Assembly (NCBI RefSeq): GCF_964213995.1
Contig: NW_027590139.1
Span: forward strand, 744,001 to 808,000
Length of the DNA: 64,000 nt
Reading direction: 5' to 3'
DNA from: Mustelus asterias
Taxonomy: Eukaryota
Shown: piece after piece, positions 11,779 through 23,144 of the stretch
How positions within the stretch are numbered: position 1 is the stretch's first letter
Layout: each line of letters opens with the position of its first letter
Program-made: the position numbers and the translations under genes
Notes under the pieces: generated by a model
What the model was told of the DNA's origin: nothing
Database searches by the model: none
The model's input: the letters and a program-made list of their open reading frames with translations, nothing else

Positions 11779-12062
11779 GGGTGGCACAGTGGTTAGCACT
11801 GCCACCTCACAGCGTCAGGGACCCGGGTTCGATTCCCGGCTTGGGTCACTGTCTGTCTGCGTGGAGCTTGCATGTTCTCCCCCGTGCCTGCGTGGGTTTC
11901 CTCTGAGTTCTCCGGTTTCCTCCCACAGTCTGAAAGACGTGTTAGTTAACTACCCAAACAGGCGCCGGAGTGTGGCGACTCGGGGAATTTCACAGTAACT
12001 TCATTGTAGCGTTCATGAAAGCCTTACTTGTGACTAATAAATAAACTTTCGCTTAAACTTTA
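11779..12062 (+). mobile_element. tRNA-derived V-SINE with an alternative (non-CR1) tail
   Basis: A box TGGCACAGTGG, B box GGTTCGATTCC, V-domain; tail ...CACAGTAACTTCATTG...AATAAATAAACTTT. Confidence 0.85.
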
Positions 12063-12429
12063 ATCTTTAAATGGGGGACATTTCTGCTCATCCAACCTTG
12101 GATGTCAGACAAGTTCGGATGCTATGTAGCTTGGAGGGGAAGTTGCAGGTGATGGTGTCCACATACTCTTGCTGCCCTGGTCCATCCAGGTGGTGGAGGT
12201 TGAGGGATTATGAGATTGTGGTTCAGTTCTAGGTCGAGAGAATGCCTCCCATTTGCCCCTGTCTCTTGCTACTTTCTCTCTGTCTCTCTCTCTGTCTCTC
12301 TTGTAACATAGATTTCTCTGGCCCAGGGTGCTACATCATTCAATATGATGATGACATGTGGTTGAAAGGCAGAGCAGCTTCGACAGGCTGAATGGCCTCC
12401 TCCTGCTCCTATTTCTTGTGTTGTTGCAG

Positions 12430-12600
12430 AGGCCAGGACCTTGTGTAGACTCAGACCAGAGGCCGGCTTTTTTCCCTGAAGGACATTAGTGACCATTTCA
12501 CTTCTGACAAAGGATCAAACAGGTTTCATGGTCACTTTTTCCTTGTGCCAGCCCCATAAATAACCAGATTAATTCAGCTCAATTTCACAACCTGCCTTTT
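12430..12600 (-). mobile_element. Old Deu-domain SINE remnant just upstream of the Z3 splice acceptor
   Basis: CCCTGAAGGACATTAGTGA...TTTCATGGTCA resembles the Deu core at 18.2 kb; paralogous copy at 21130-21295. Confidence 0.55.
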
Positions 12601-12755
12601 GTGAGTTCTTTCTCATCCCCTTTTTTCTGTTTAAAATCAATTTCAGATTATCTGAAGCGGAGGATTTCCAATCAGAAAACTCAAACCAAACATCCCATCA
12701 GGATCAGATGGAGTCACCCAATTTATTGTCAGCTGAATATTTGTGAGTTTTGAAC

Positions 12756-13868
12756 ATGGAAGGAAAAAGCACTGTTCACAGTGGGGAGAAACAGTGGGAA
12801 TGTGGGGAGGGATTCAGATCTCCATGTGAACTGGAAACTCATCGGCCCAGACACACTGGGGAGAGGTCATTCACTTGCTCCAAGTGTGGGAAGGGATTCT
12901 CTCGCTCATCCAGCCTGCTGCAACACCAGCGAGTTCACACTGGAGAGAGACCTTTCAATTGTTCCGACTGTGGGAAGGGATTCGCTCAGTCAGGCAACCT
13001 GCTGAGACACCAGCGAGTTCACACTGGGAAGAGACCATTCACTTGCTCAGAGTGTGGGAAAGGATTCGCTCGGTCCTCTGACTTGATGGCGCACCAGCGG
13101 GTTCACACTGACGAGAGACCATTTAAATGTCCAGTCTGTGGGAAGTGCTATAAAAGTTCCCGGGACCTGATACTCCATCAACGTGCTCACAGTGACGAGA
13201 GGCCATTCAGATGCTCTCAATGTGGGACTGGGTTCAAACAATCATCTCAACTCACTGAGCACCAGCGTACTCACACCGGGGAGAGGCCATTCACCTGCTC
13301 CGTGTGTGGGAATGGGTTCAGTCGGTCATCTAACCTGCGGACACACCAGCGAATTCACACTGGGGAGAGACCTTTCACCTGTTCTGAGTGTGGGAAGGGA
13401 TTCACTCAATTATCCACTCTGCTGAATCACCAGAGTGTTCACAATGAGAAGAGACCATTTCAGTGCCCAGACTGCAGGAAGTGCTACAAAAGTTCCCGGC
13501 AACTGCTCCACCATCAACGAGTTCACACTGAGGAGAGACCTTTTAAATGCCCAGACTGTGAGAAGTGTTTTAAAAGTTCTGGGGAACTGATGCGCCATCA
13601 ACGTGTTCACACTGACGAGAAACCATTCAGGTGCTCTCACTGTGACACTGGGTTCAAGACATCATCTGACCTCACTGTACATCAGCGAGTTCACACTGGG
13701 GAGAGGCCATTCACCTGCTCCCAGTGTGGGAAGGGATTCACTCAGTCATCCCCCCTGCTGACACACCAGCGAGTTCACACCAGGGAAAGGCCGTTCACCT
13801 GCCCCAAGTGTGGGAAGAGATTCACTCAGTCATCCAACCTGCTGAGACACCAGCGAATTCACAAATAA
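12756..13868 (+). CDS. Z3: intact C2H2 zinc-finger protein (12 fingers plus 1 partial)
   Basis: ATG at 12756 (aacATGG), uninterrupted array, TAA followed by AATAAA; splice acceptor ending at 12646. Confidence 0.9.
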   Translation: MEGKSTVHSGEKQWECGEGFRSPCELETHRPRHTGERSFTCSKCGKGFSRSSSLLQHQRVHTGERPFNCSDCGKGFAQSGNLLRHQRVHTGKRPFTCSECGKGFARSSDLMAHQRVHTDERPFKCPVCGKCYKSSRDLILHQRAHSDERPFRCSQCGTGFKQSSQLTEHQRTHTGERPFTCSVCGNGFSRSSNLRTHQRIHTGERPFTCSECGKGFTQLSTLLNHQSVHNEKRPFQCPDCRKCYKSSRQLLHHQRVHTEERPFKCPDCEKCFKSSGELMRHQRVHTDEKPFRCSHCDTGFKTSSDLTVHQRVHTGERPFTCSQCGKGFTQSSPLLTHQRVHTRERPFTCPKCGKRFTQSSNLLRHQRIHK

Positions 13869-13949
13869 TTTCAATAAATTAGCTTTGTGTTAACAGTGTT
13901 TAATCTTTTAACTCCTTTAACATATGTTATTTCCTTTTGAAGGGTTCTC

Positions 13950-14470
13950 ATGCTCCCCTGTCTCTTCCATCCTCACCTCCAAGTGTGAGGAGCTCATGGA
14001 GCTTCTTTGTGAGATTGGGACAATCTGATCAGCTGCCTCTGCTGCTTCCCTCCCTTCCACAAGCCCACCGGGACAAACCGTGTCTAAAGTTCCATCTTGC
14101 CCAAGCCCAGAACTTACAGCTTTCTCCAGTTTCTCTCCTATCTCCCTTCATGCCCTCTGCATCTTGTCCATGAGACCCACCTTGTGCTCCATCAACCCTA
14201 TTCTCACTAAACTGCTGATCATCCAACTTCCCCACATTAGGTGATATTGTTGACGGTTCTCTCTTTTCTCTCACACTGTCCCTCTCACTTTCAAATCCAC
14301 TGTCATCACCAATCCTAAAAAAACACTCAATCCCACAGTCTTTGCCAACTGCTACCCCATCTCCAACCTCTCTTTCCTCTCCAAAGCCCCTGCACTAGGT
14401 GTCCCCCAAGTGTTTATCCTTTGCCCCTCCTGTTTCTCATCTACATGCCGCCACTGGGTGACATAATACA
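13950..14470 (+). mobile_element. Degraded L2-clade LINE RT fragment
   Basis: Remnants resembling SMRPT-CS--PI-TKLL, PISNL-FLSK and GVPQ....PLLFLIYM-PLGDII. Confidence 0.65.
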
Positions 14471-14639
14471 GATAGACTGTTGTCTATCTTCTTCCTTCTC
14501 AGCTTCTCTGAGCTGTGAACCAGGCAGCTGAAAGCTGATACTTATTAACTTTTTCTGGACACAGCCCTTTGTACATGATCAATGGTGTTCCTGAACTCTG
14601 GTTCACATGATCAGTCTCTGATTGATTTAATTCCATCTA

Positions 14640-14960
14640 CAGGTCCAGGCAGAGGGCGATCGAAGGGGTCTTCAACCTGACTCTCTGCCCCCTCTAGTGC
14701 AGCTATATTCGTGGCCAGGTGTCCCTGGAAAGGGAGCATGCAGTGTCCAAGGGCACCACTGAAGCCTTCCATGCCCGCTGGGCACTGTAGGGACTGGGGT
14801 GTATTATTGACCCCTTTAATCAAATTTTAATTTGATGTTTTAAGTTTCCTTTCCGCTTTGTTTTTTGTTTCGGGCGGTTCCCCTCCTTTTAGGGAGCTGC
14901 CCCTTTTGAGTTGTCCCGAAGTTAAGCTGATTTTGTTTATTTGGTTGGACACAAAAAAGA
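14640..14960 (+). mobile_element. Tx1/L1-clade LINE 3' end
   Basis: Homologous to 48357-48740 (RSRQRAIEG...QVSLEREH...) with a T-rich 3' UTR. Confidence 0.65.
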
Positions 14961-15469
14961 TGTTCCTGATTGATGTCGGTGGTGTGTAATCAGTTTCTGA
15001 TTGGTTTCTTCATGGTGATGGTCATCTACCGATCATTTCCTGCAACCTCCTGACTGGCCCTCTAATGTATCAGTTACTTTCGGAGTCTGCCCCACGTTAT
15101 AACCTTTCCTGTCATTTTATTAAATTTTATGGCTTCGTACTGAGCCAATGGGAGGCCTAAAGATATCTTCTTTGTCACTTATTTGAGATAAGCAAGTTTA
15201 TGGTGTCAACTCCCAATGGTTAACATTTGGGTTCATTGTCTCTAATGTCTAATTGATGTGTAGAAATCCTGTAGAGTTCTCATTGGGGCAGGTGACTATC
15301 AGTATATTTTGGTTAAAGAAAGTGCTTGCTGGTTTTTGTAGTGGTTGCCAGAGCTTGGAACACAGTTAATTAAAAGGACACAAAGTGACACACAGCCTTA
15401 AACTAATACAGAAATTACAAAGTTACTTCAGATCTGAAATCCAAAGTGGCATCAAATCAGTGTGTAAAA

Positions 15470-16098
15470 GGTGAGATAGCAGGAAACACAAATACAGTAT
15501 GATACATTCAATTGATAAATGTTCAAAACGAATGAGTCAGAATAACTACTGTGTGATGAAAACTAAACTGAAACCTTTAATTTTTCAAACCAAAGATGGT
15601 TATAGCGTGTGAAGGAAAGTCACTGCTTCTTTTAAGATATTAAAAGGTTAAACTAATTTATGACACGGTGCTGAAGGTTTGAAACTTCACAGCTGGTTTC
15701 TTCACACAATATGGCCTCTAATTCAAGTATAACTGTTGTTGTCAATGGCTGAGGAATTAACAGTTCCAGACTGTAGCTGGTGAGATAGCAGGAAACACAA
15801 ATACAGTATGATACATTCAATTGATAAATGTTAAGTAATTAGTCAGAATAACCACTACGCTATGAAAACTGATTGGAGAACTAAAATCTTTAATTTTTCA
15901 AATCAAAGATAGTTATAAAGTCTGAAGGAAAGTGACTGCTTCTTTTAAGATATTACAAGTTAAAAGGATACATTAATTTACGACACAGTGCTGAAGGTTT
16001 GAAACTTCACAGCTGATTTCTTCACACAATATGGTCGCTAACTCAAGTATAACTGTTATTGTCAATGGCAGAGGAATTAACAATTCCAGACCTCAGCT
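15470..16098. repeat. Direct tandem duplication of about 310 bp
   Basis: GGTGAGATAGCAGGAAACACAAATACAGTATGATACATTCAATTGATAAATGTT starts at about 15470 and about 15779. Confidence 0.9.
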
Positions 16099-16229
16099 CA
16101 TCCAGAGTTGATGGGATCCACAGGACTCTGTAATTAAAGTATAAAAGTGAAGCTTTACACCGGTCTCGGGTCATGTGATGTATTTCACTTGTCAAATAAG
16201 GATGCAGTTACAGACAAAGCCAGTTACAT

Positions 16230-16600
16230 GATCATAGAATCATAGAAATCATAGAAACCCTACAGTGCAGAAGGAGGCCATTCGGCCCATCAAGTCTGCA
16301 CCGACCACAATCCCACCCAGGCCATATCCTCTATTCCCTTTTCTTTACCCGCTAATTTACCCGCTAATCCCTCTAACCTACGCATCCCAGGACTCTAAGG
16401 GGCAATTTTTAACCTGGCCAATCAACCTAACCCGCACATCTTTGGACTGTGGGAGGAAACCGGAGCACCCGGAGGAAACCCACGCAGACACGAGGAGAAT
16501 GCGCAAACTCCACACAGACAGTGACCCAAGCCGGGAATCGAACCCGGGACCCTGGAGCTGTGAAGCAGCAGTGCTAACCACTGTGCTACCGTGCCGCCCC
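16230..16600 (-). mobile_element. HE1-type V-SINE, full length
   Basis: tRNA head, V-domain and CR1-like tail (TTCTATGA)n. Confidence 0.9.
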
Positions 16601-16789
16601 AATACGATACGAATGTATTACAATTCAGCAGAATATCACATCAGGTTAATTGATTAATAAGCTTCAATTACTTGATCATTACCCATAACTAAGCTACAAA
16701 CTATTAAACATGACCATTCCTACAGTCAAACAGTCCAGTCAAGCAACAGGCTGACACAGTCATACTTTGAATCATATCTTACTGCCAAT

Positions 16790-17940
16790 GTCTCACAGGA
16801 ACAAGGAGCAGGATTCGGCTATTTGGCCCCTTGAGTCTGCTCCACTATTTAATCAGATCAGGGCTGATCTGATAGTAACCTTAAATCTGCATCCTGCCGA
16901 CCCCCAATAATCTATCACCCACTTGCTTGCCAAGAATCTACCTACATCTGCCTTAAAAATATTCAAAGACTCTGCTTCTACTGTCTTTTCAGAAGAGTGT
17001 TCCAGAGGTTCACGACCCTCTGAAAGAAAATATTTCACCTCATCTCCGTTTTAAATGTGCGAACCCTTATTTTTAAACAGGGACCTCTAGCTCTAGATTC
17101 TCACACAAGAGGAAACATCCTTTCCACATCAACCTGTCAAGACCCTTCAGGATCTTCCATGTTTCGATCAAATTTATCTTACTCTTCTAAACTCCAGCAG
17201 ACACAAACCTAGCCTGTCCAAGCTTTACCCATAATCCACACATTTCTGGCATTAGTCTGGTCAATCGACTGCTTCCAATGTATTTACATCCTTGCTTAAA
17301 CAAGATGACCAATACTGTACACCGTACTCCAGATGTGGTCTCACTGGTGCTCTGGGTAACTGAAGCATAATCTCCATATTTATGTAATCAATTCCCCTCA
17401 CAAATGATAACTTTCCTAATTACTTGCTTTACCTGCTTACTCGCTTTTTGTGATTCATGCAAAGAACAAAGAACAGCACAGGAACAGGCCCTTCGGCCAA
17501 CGCTGATCACATTGTCCTCTCCAGACCAACCGCTTATTTCTCTCTATTCCCCGTCTGTTCATGTGTTTATCAAGATAAATCTTAAATGTCGCTAAGGTAT
17601 CTGCCTCAACCACCTCACTTGGCAGTGCATTCTAGGCCCCCACCACCCTCTGTGTAAAAAACCTTCCCCCAACATCTCCACTGAACCTTTCTCCCTTGTC
17701 TGAAATCTGTCCCCTTGTAATTGTCATTTCTGCCCTGGGAAAAAGCTCCCAACTGTTCACCCTATCCAAACCCCTCATAATTTTATTAACGTCTATCAGG
17801 TCGCACCTCAGCCTCCGTCTTTCCAGGGAGAACAATCCCAGTTTATTCAATCTCTAGAACACTCAGATCCCTCTGCATCTCAGAGCTCTACAATCTCTCA
17901 CCATTTAGATAATCTGCTTCCCTTTTATTCTTCCTGCCAG
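16790..17940 (-). mobile_element. Old CR1 fragment with a younger CR1 nested at about 17460-17855
   Basis: LGLFSLERRRLR...FFTQRVVGA; VEAESLNIFK. Confidence 0.75.
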
Positions 17941-18039
17941 AATGTGCTGTCCTACCAGCAGTTCAGACCTGAGTAGAGGGAGCAGCACAGAGGTGGACAG
18001 TGCAAGTGAGTCATCCTGGGAATCCTCAACTTGAAATTC

Positions 18040-18395
18040 TTTTTCATTGCTTCATGGGAAATGGGCATTGCTGGATGGCCAGCATTTATGGCCCAGTCCT
18101 TGTTGCCCTTGAACTGAGTGACTTGCGAGGCCATTTCAGAGGGAGTTACATGTAGGCCAGACCGGGTAAGGACAGCAGATTTCCTTTCCTAAAGGACATT
18201 AGTGAACCAGATGGGTTTTTACGATAATCAACAATGGTTTCATGGTCATCAATAAATTCTTAATTCCAGATTTTTTTCATTGAATTCAATTTCCACCAAC
18301 TGATGTGGCAGGATTTGAAACCCGGTCCCCAAATCATTAGGTGAGTTTCTGGATTAATAGTTCAGCAAGAATACCATCAGTCATCACCTCCCCTA
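18040..18395 (-). mobile_element. Deu-domain SINE (SacSINE1-like)
   Basis: Reverse complement of the Deu core: CATGTAGGCCAGACC...TAAGGAC...AAGGACATTAGTGAACCAGATGGGTTTTTACGA; L2-like tail. Confidence 0.75.
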
Positions 18396-18399
18396 GATC

Positions 18400-18670
18400 A
18401 ACATGGAGTGTTGGAGAACAAGTCAGGAGCAGCACTGGGCACCCTAAAACTGAGATTCCAACCTGATTACTCTGGAACATGAGACTATAAGCATGCTAAA
18501 CAGCAGAAGCAGCATGTTCCAGGCAGGGCCAAGCGATCCCACAAACAACGGATCAGATCAGAACTGCAGTCCCCCCACATCCAGTCGTGAATGGTGGTGG
18601 ACAAGAGAAAGCTCCACAAACATCACCATCCTGAATGACTGGGGAAAGAAGTGGATCAGTGCAAACAACT
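18400..18670 (+). mobile_element. LINE (L2/CR1 group) ORF2 linker remnant
   Basis: YKHAKQQKQH...TSSREWWWT...STNITILND. Confidence 0.5.
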
Positions 18671-19019
18671 GTGATTTGTGTTTGGTGATCGCGGATGTGT
18701 TACTGATGCCTTCCATGGATTCCAAGGCCAGGAAAGACACTCTGGAAGGTGTGGGGAGCTGGGACTTGTCCAGGAGAGTAACAAGGTATGAAAACTGAAA
18801 TAATCTAGAACTAGGAAGGAGAAAAGGCCACAAAAATGCAGCAATTGGTAACAAGACATTGATTAATCTTTTCTTATCCTGGAGAAATGAAGGTCCCAGC
18901 TTTGTGTCTTAAACAATATTAGTTAATTTGACATTTATCCAGGGTAATAAACCCCAGCCCAGTTATAGCGATCACTAACATCAGCAAAAACACACCCCAA
19001 CTCTCAGAATGAACATTGT

Positions 19020-20069
19020 TCAGTCCTGGATGTGATTAACAGCAGAATCCAATTCCTCCAGACACTTGTCAATTTGTTGGTGTGTTAGAAGATGGGTTGA
19101 CTGAGTGAATCCCATCTCGCACTCAGAGAAGGTGAACGGTCTCTCTCCATTGTGAGTATGTTGGTGTCTCAGCAGGTGGGATGAGTGAGAAAATCCCTTC
19201 CCACACTCAGAGCAAGTGAACGGTTTCTCCCCGGTGTGAATGTGCTGGTGTGTTTGCAGGTTGGATGAGCGAGTGAATCCCTGTCCACAGTCAGAGCAGG
19301 TGAACGGTCTCTCCCCAGAGTGAACTTGTTGGTGCCTCAGCAGAATACTTGAGGTCTTAAAGCTCTTCTCACATTCAGAACATTTGAAAGGTTTCTTATC
19401 CGAGTGAACAAGTTGGTGTGATCTGAGGCTGGTTAAATAAATGAATCCTTTTCCACACAAGGAGCAGGTGAACGACCTCTCCCCAGTGTGAACTCTCTGG
19501 TGTTTCTGGAGGCTGGATAACAGAGTGAATCCCTTCCCACACACTGTACATCTGAATGGCCTCTCCTCATTGTGAACTCGCTGGTGTATCAGCAGATCAC
19601 TTATGGTTTTATAACTCTTCTCACATTCGGAACATTTGAAAGGTCTGTTATCAGTGTGAACCAGTCGGTGTGTAGTGAGGTGGGATGATCGTGTAAATCC
19701 CTTCCCACACACAGAGCAGGTGAACGGCCTTTCCCCAGTATGAGTGCGTTTGTGTTCAATTAGATTCTGTGATCGCTTAAATAACTTCCCACAGTAAGAG
19801 CAGCAGAACTGTTTCTCGGTGTGAATAGATTGGTGCGTGACCAGGTCCTCAGGGCTTTCAGAGTTGTGATCACCGTCAGCATGGTTAAAAAGCCTCTCTT
19901 CAATGTGAACTTGCTGGTGGGTCAGCAGGTGGGATGACTGAATGAATCCTTTCCCGCACATGGAGCAGGTGAATGGTCTCTCCCCAGTGTGACTGCGCCG
20001 ATGCGTTTCCAGCAGCGATGGGTAACTGAATCCCTTCCCACAGTCCCCACATTTCCATGGTTTCTCCAT
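19020..20069 (-). CDS. Z4: C2H2 zinc-finger protein (10 intact and 2 degenerate fingers)
   Basis: [13 protein letters not shown] start; uninterrupted 349-aa ORF. Confidence 0.88.
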   Translation of the reverse strand: MEKPWKCGDCGKGFSYPSLLETHRRSHTGERPFTCSMCGKGFIQSSHLLTHQQVHIEERLFNHADGDHNSESPEDLVTHQSIHTEKQFCCSYCGKLFKRSQNLIEHKRTHTGERPFTCSVCGKGFTRSSHLTTHRLVHTDNRPFKCSECEKSYKTISDLLIHQRVHNEERPFRCTVCGKGFTLLSSLQKHQRVHTGERSFTCSLCGKGFIYLTSLRSHQLVHSDKKPFKCSECEKSFKTSSILLRHQQVHSGERPFTCSDCGQGFTRSSNLQTHQHIHTGEKPFTCSECGKGFSHSSHLLRHQHTHNGERPFTFSECEMGFTQSTHLLTHQQIDKCLEELDSAVNHIQD

Positions 20070-21129
20070 GGTGCAGGTGTTCTTGTCTGTTCAAGCCTTG
20101 TCCACACACAACATGTGTATTGCTTCTAAGTAAGGCTATTAAGGGTTATGGGACAAGGCAGAAAATTGGATTGTCATATCAGATCAGCCGTGATCTCATT
20201 GAATGGAGGAGCAGACTCGATGAGTCCAATGGCCTAATTCTGATCCTAATTCTTATGGTGTTATGGTTCTCTGCTGTGAATGGTGTGATGTTTCTTTCAG
20301 GCTGTGTAACTGGTTAAAGCTCTTTCCAGTCAGTTCACTCTCACTCAGGTCTGTGTCTCGGTGCTTTTCCAGTCACACTGATGTTTGAAATTGTTCCCCA
20401 CCGCCAGAACAGACAAACATTTCTCCTTCCACATTTAAAGGTCGATGGTATTCAGGTTCTGATGAATTGAGTGACTCTGTCAGATGATGTGATGTTTGGT
20501 TTCCATTTCCCATCTGCAATTCATCACCCGTGTGGACCTTGTAAAAGACATTGACAGAGTCGGTATCACTGTCAGCACAGGACAGAAATTCACAACAAAC
20601 AATCTAGTTTCCATGGAATATTATTTCAAATCTTGTTTCCCCAAATCTTGTGGTCCAATCGAACTTCCATCTGAACTGAACCAGAACTTTGTTTCCAGTG
20701 TTTGTGAGACACTCTGTCCCCTGAGTTGTGGAAGATATCGAGTGTTCCAGTCGACACTGTCTGCTCCCTCTCCAGGACCACACGAGCACGGACAAGAAAG
20801 TTAAAGTTTATTTTTATTAGTCACAAGTAAAGCTGACAGTAACACTGTAATGAAGTTACTGTGAAACCACAGAAGAGGAGCCCACAGCCAAGTTACCCTC
20901 TGCTGAACTACAAATTACTGTTTTAACCAGCCCCAAGAACAGGTCCAGGAAAAGATCCTCTGCCCTCCCCAGTCTCCTTCACTGGAGCATGGGGCAGAAC
21001 GGAAGTGTAACTAAAAGTGGAGAAGCAGTTCCTTCAGGGGTTGCAATCTCTCACACTGAATATGTACATGGCTCATGGATTTCTCAAGGCTGCAAATTAA
21101 TTTAAAGAGGAGAAAAAACAGTGATAAAC

Positions 21130-21295
21130 ACAAAGGCAGGTTGTGAAATTGAGCTGAATGAATCTGGTAATTTGTGGAGCCGGCACAAGGAAGACGTGAC
21201 TCCGGAAGCTGCTGGATTGTGATTAAAAACCCAAATGGTTTGTTAATGTTCTTCAATGCAGGAAACCTGTCACCCGTCCAGATCTACACAAGAAT
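21130..21295 (+). mobile_element. Deu-domain SINE remnant, paralogous to 12430-12600
   Basis: AGGCAGGTTGTGAAATTGAGCTGAAT...GGATTGTGATTAAAAACCCAAATGGTT. Confidence 0.55.
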
Positions 21296-21514
21296 TCAGC
21301 CTCAATGGGAGGAGAAAGATAGAGATGAAACAGGGAGGGAATGAATGGTAAGGACTTTATACATCTACAACTGGACAAGAACTGACAGAACCTGCCAAAC
21401 CACAACCTTCACCAACTCAAAGGATGCAGGAAAACTATCACCTCCAAATGTCGTTTTCAATCTAAAATCTTAAAACAACTTGTAATCCTGAAGTAACCTG
21501 CATCCTCCTGCATT

Positions 21515-21715
21515 TAAGGGGCAATTTAGCGTAGCCAATCCACCTAACCTGTACACCTTGGGGGTGTGGGAGGAAACCGGAGCACCTGAAGGAAACTCAT
21601 GCAGTCACAGAGAGAATGTGCAAACTCCACACAGTCACCCAAAGCTGGAATCGAACCTGGATCCCTGGTGCTGTGAGACAGCAGTGTTGACCACTGTGCC
21701 ACCCTGTGCCACTGT
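21515..21715 (-). mobile_element. Partial V-SINE
   Basis: GGGAGGAAACCGGAGCACC...AACTCCACACAG...GGAATCGAACC. Confidence 0.8.
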
Positions 21716-22574
21716 ACTGTGTTGCTCGGAAATACGTTTTAGGATTTTGGCCGAGTGATAGTGAAGGCAGAGCAGTAAACTACCAAGTCAGAATAGTGTG
21801 TGATTCTGAAGAGTAAATGCAGGTAGTGGGGTTTCTGTGCACAAACTGCCCTTATCCATGTTGGGGAAGAGGTGTGTAGTTTTGGAAGCTGCTGTCAAAG
21901 GAGGTTTAGCCAATTGCTGATAATTCTAGTAATGTCCATGTTCCAGTTATTAATTTGAAAATTTTCCAAATGTAAATTTAATGAAAATCCCCGACAGAAC
22001 TACTTTTTCCTTACTTGAAACACAGCTTTAAATGGTCCGTTTGTTTCCAGATTCAGTTCCATGAGCAACGCCTTCAACTAAACAAAATGAAAACACTGCA
22101 GCTGCTGGAAATCTGAAATGAAAAGAGAAAACGTTGGAAATACTCATCAGGTTAGACAGCATCTATGGAGACAGAAACAAAGTTTGCAGTCACTGATGCT
22201 CCTCTAATGAAACACATACCAATAGCTGCTGTTTAACGGGGCCGTGGATCCCACAATCCCCTGTGCCCCAGAAACAGCTCTATCCATCACACACATTTCC
22301 CATTATGACACTTCTATGTCAAGAGGGCAAGCTGTTTAAAAGTCATTAAGTTCCATTTTTGCGTGTTGATGTTCATTAAAGATACGGATCGACTTCCTCC
22401 TCATTATGTATCAATTTCAGATACTTTGGTCGAGAATTTCCATTCCCCTACTTTCTGGTGGATAATGGATGCCTTGAGTACTTAGATTACAGTATAATTT
22501 GATTCCTAATGTTATTGACTGCACCCCTATCCCTAATTTTTACATCGCAGCAAAAAAAGCTCACTGTTCACAAA

Positions 22575-23115
22575 TGAGCAGTTTCGATGGCGTGCGCTTT
22601 ACCCACCATTCCTCGCGGTGGGGAATGTCCCCTATCCCCAGCACAGGAGAGTTGTGCATGCGCAGTGAAACAGTGTTTGACGCATGCGCAGCGTGGATGA
22701 TGGCAATGGGGAGAGACATTCGTCTGTCTCATCAGCAACCGGTAAGGATGCGGATACATGGAGGGATGATTGGAACCGGCAGATGGACGGAGAGGGTTTC
22801 TAAATATCTGGTGAAGATCTCAAACCTCTAATAGTAATCCGCAGGTCCCGTGTTTGCAGCTTCAGGCCTTTTTCCCGGGACGAGGCTCAGGTTAAGAGCC
22901 ACCATCTTGATTCAGCAGGGAGCGGAGCGCATGCGCTGGGATCTTAGTGACGCAACAGTGAGTGGGAGGGGCTTCGGCGTTTTCTGCTCCCAACTGGGTC
23001 CTAGTGACCGGATAGCACAGCAAACTGAGCAACAGGTTTTAAACAGCTTCACCCACTCCCAGGCTACAGCTGATGTTTGCAGCCGAGAGAAGTCTGTGGG
23101 CAATGTACATAGTCC
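22575..23115. promoter_or_regulatory. CpG-rich promoter cassette between divergent Z4 and Z5
   Basis: Inverted paralogue of 2920-3400; NRF1 palindrome at 22927; further GCATGCGCA sites. Confidence 0.72.
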
Positions 23116-23144
23116 AGAAGTTGTTTTTTCCTGTTTGGCGCAAG

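Noticed and set aside
11779-11850. tRNA-like A and B boxes here and in other copies
   Set aside because: These are SINE heads followed by the V-domain, not tRNA genes.
15551-15572. TGATGA...CTGA resembling C/D snoRNA boxes
   Set aside because: The boxes are too close together and are not conserved in the second tandem copy.
18400-18795. Exon-like stretch ending AAG|GTATG
   Set aside because: No frame is open across the whole stretch and SSREWWWT resembles LINE ORF2; treated as a transposon remnant.
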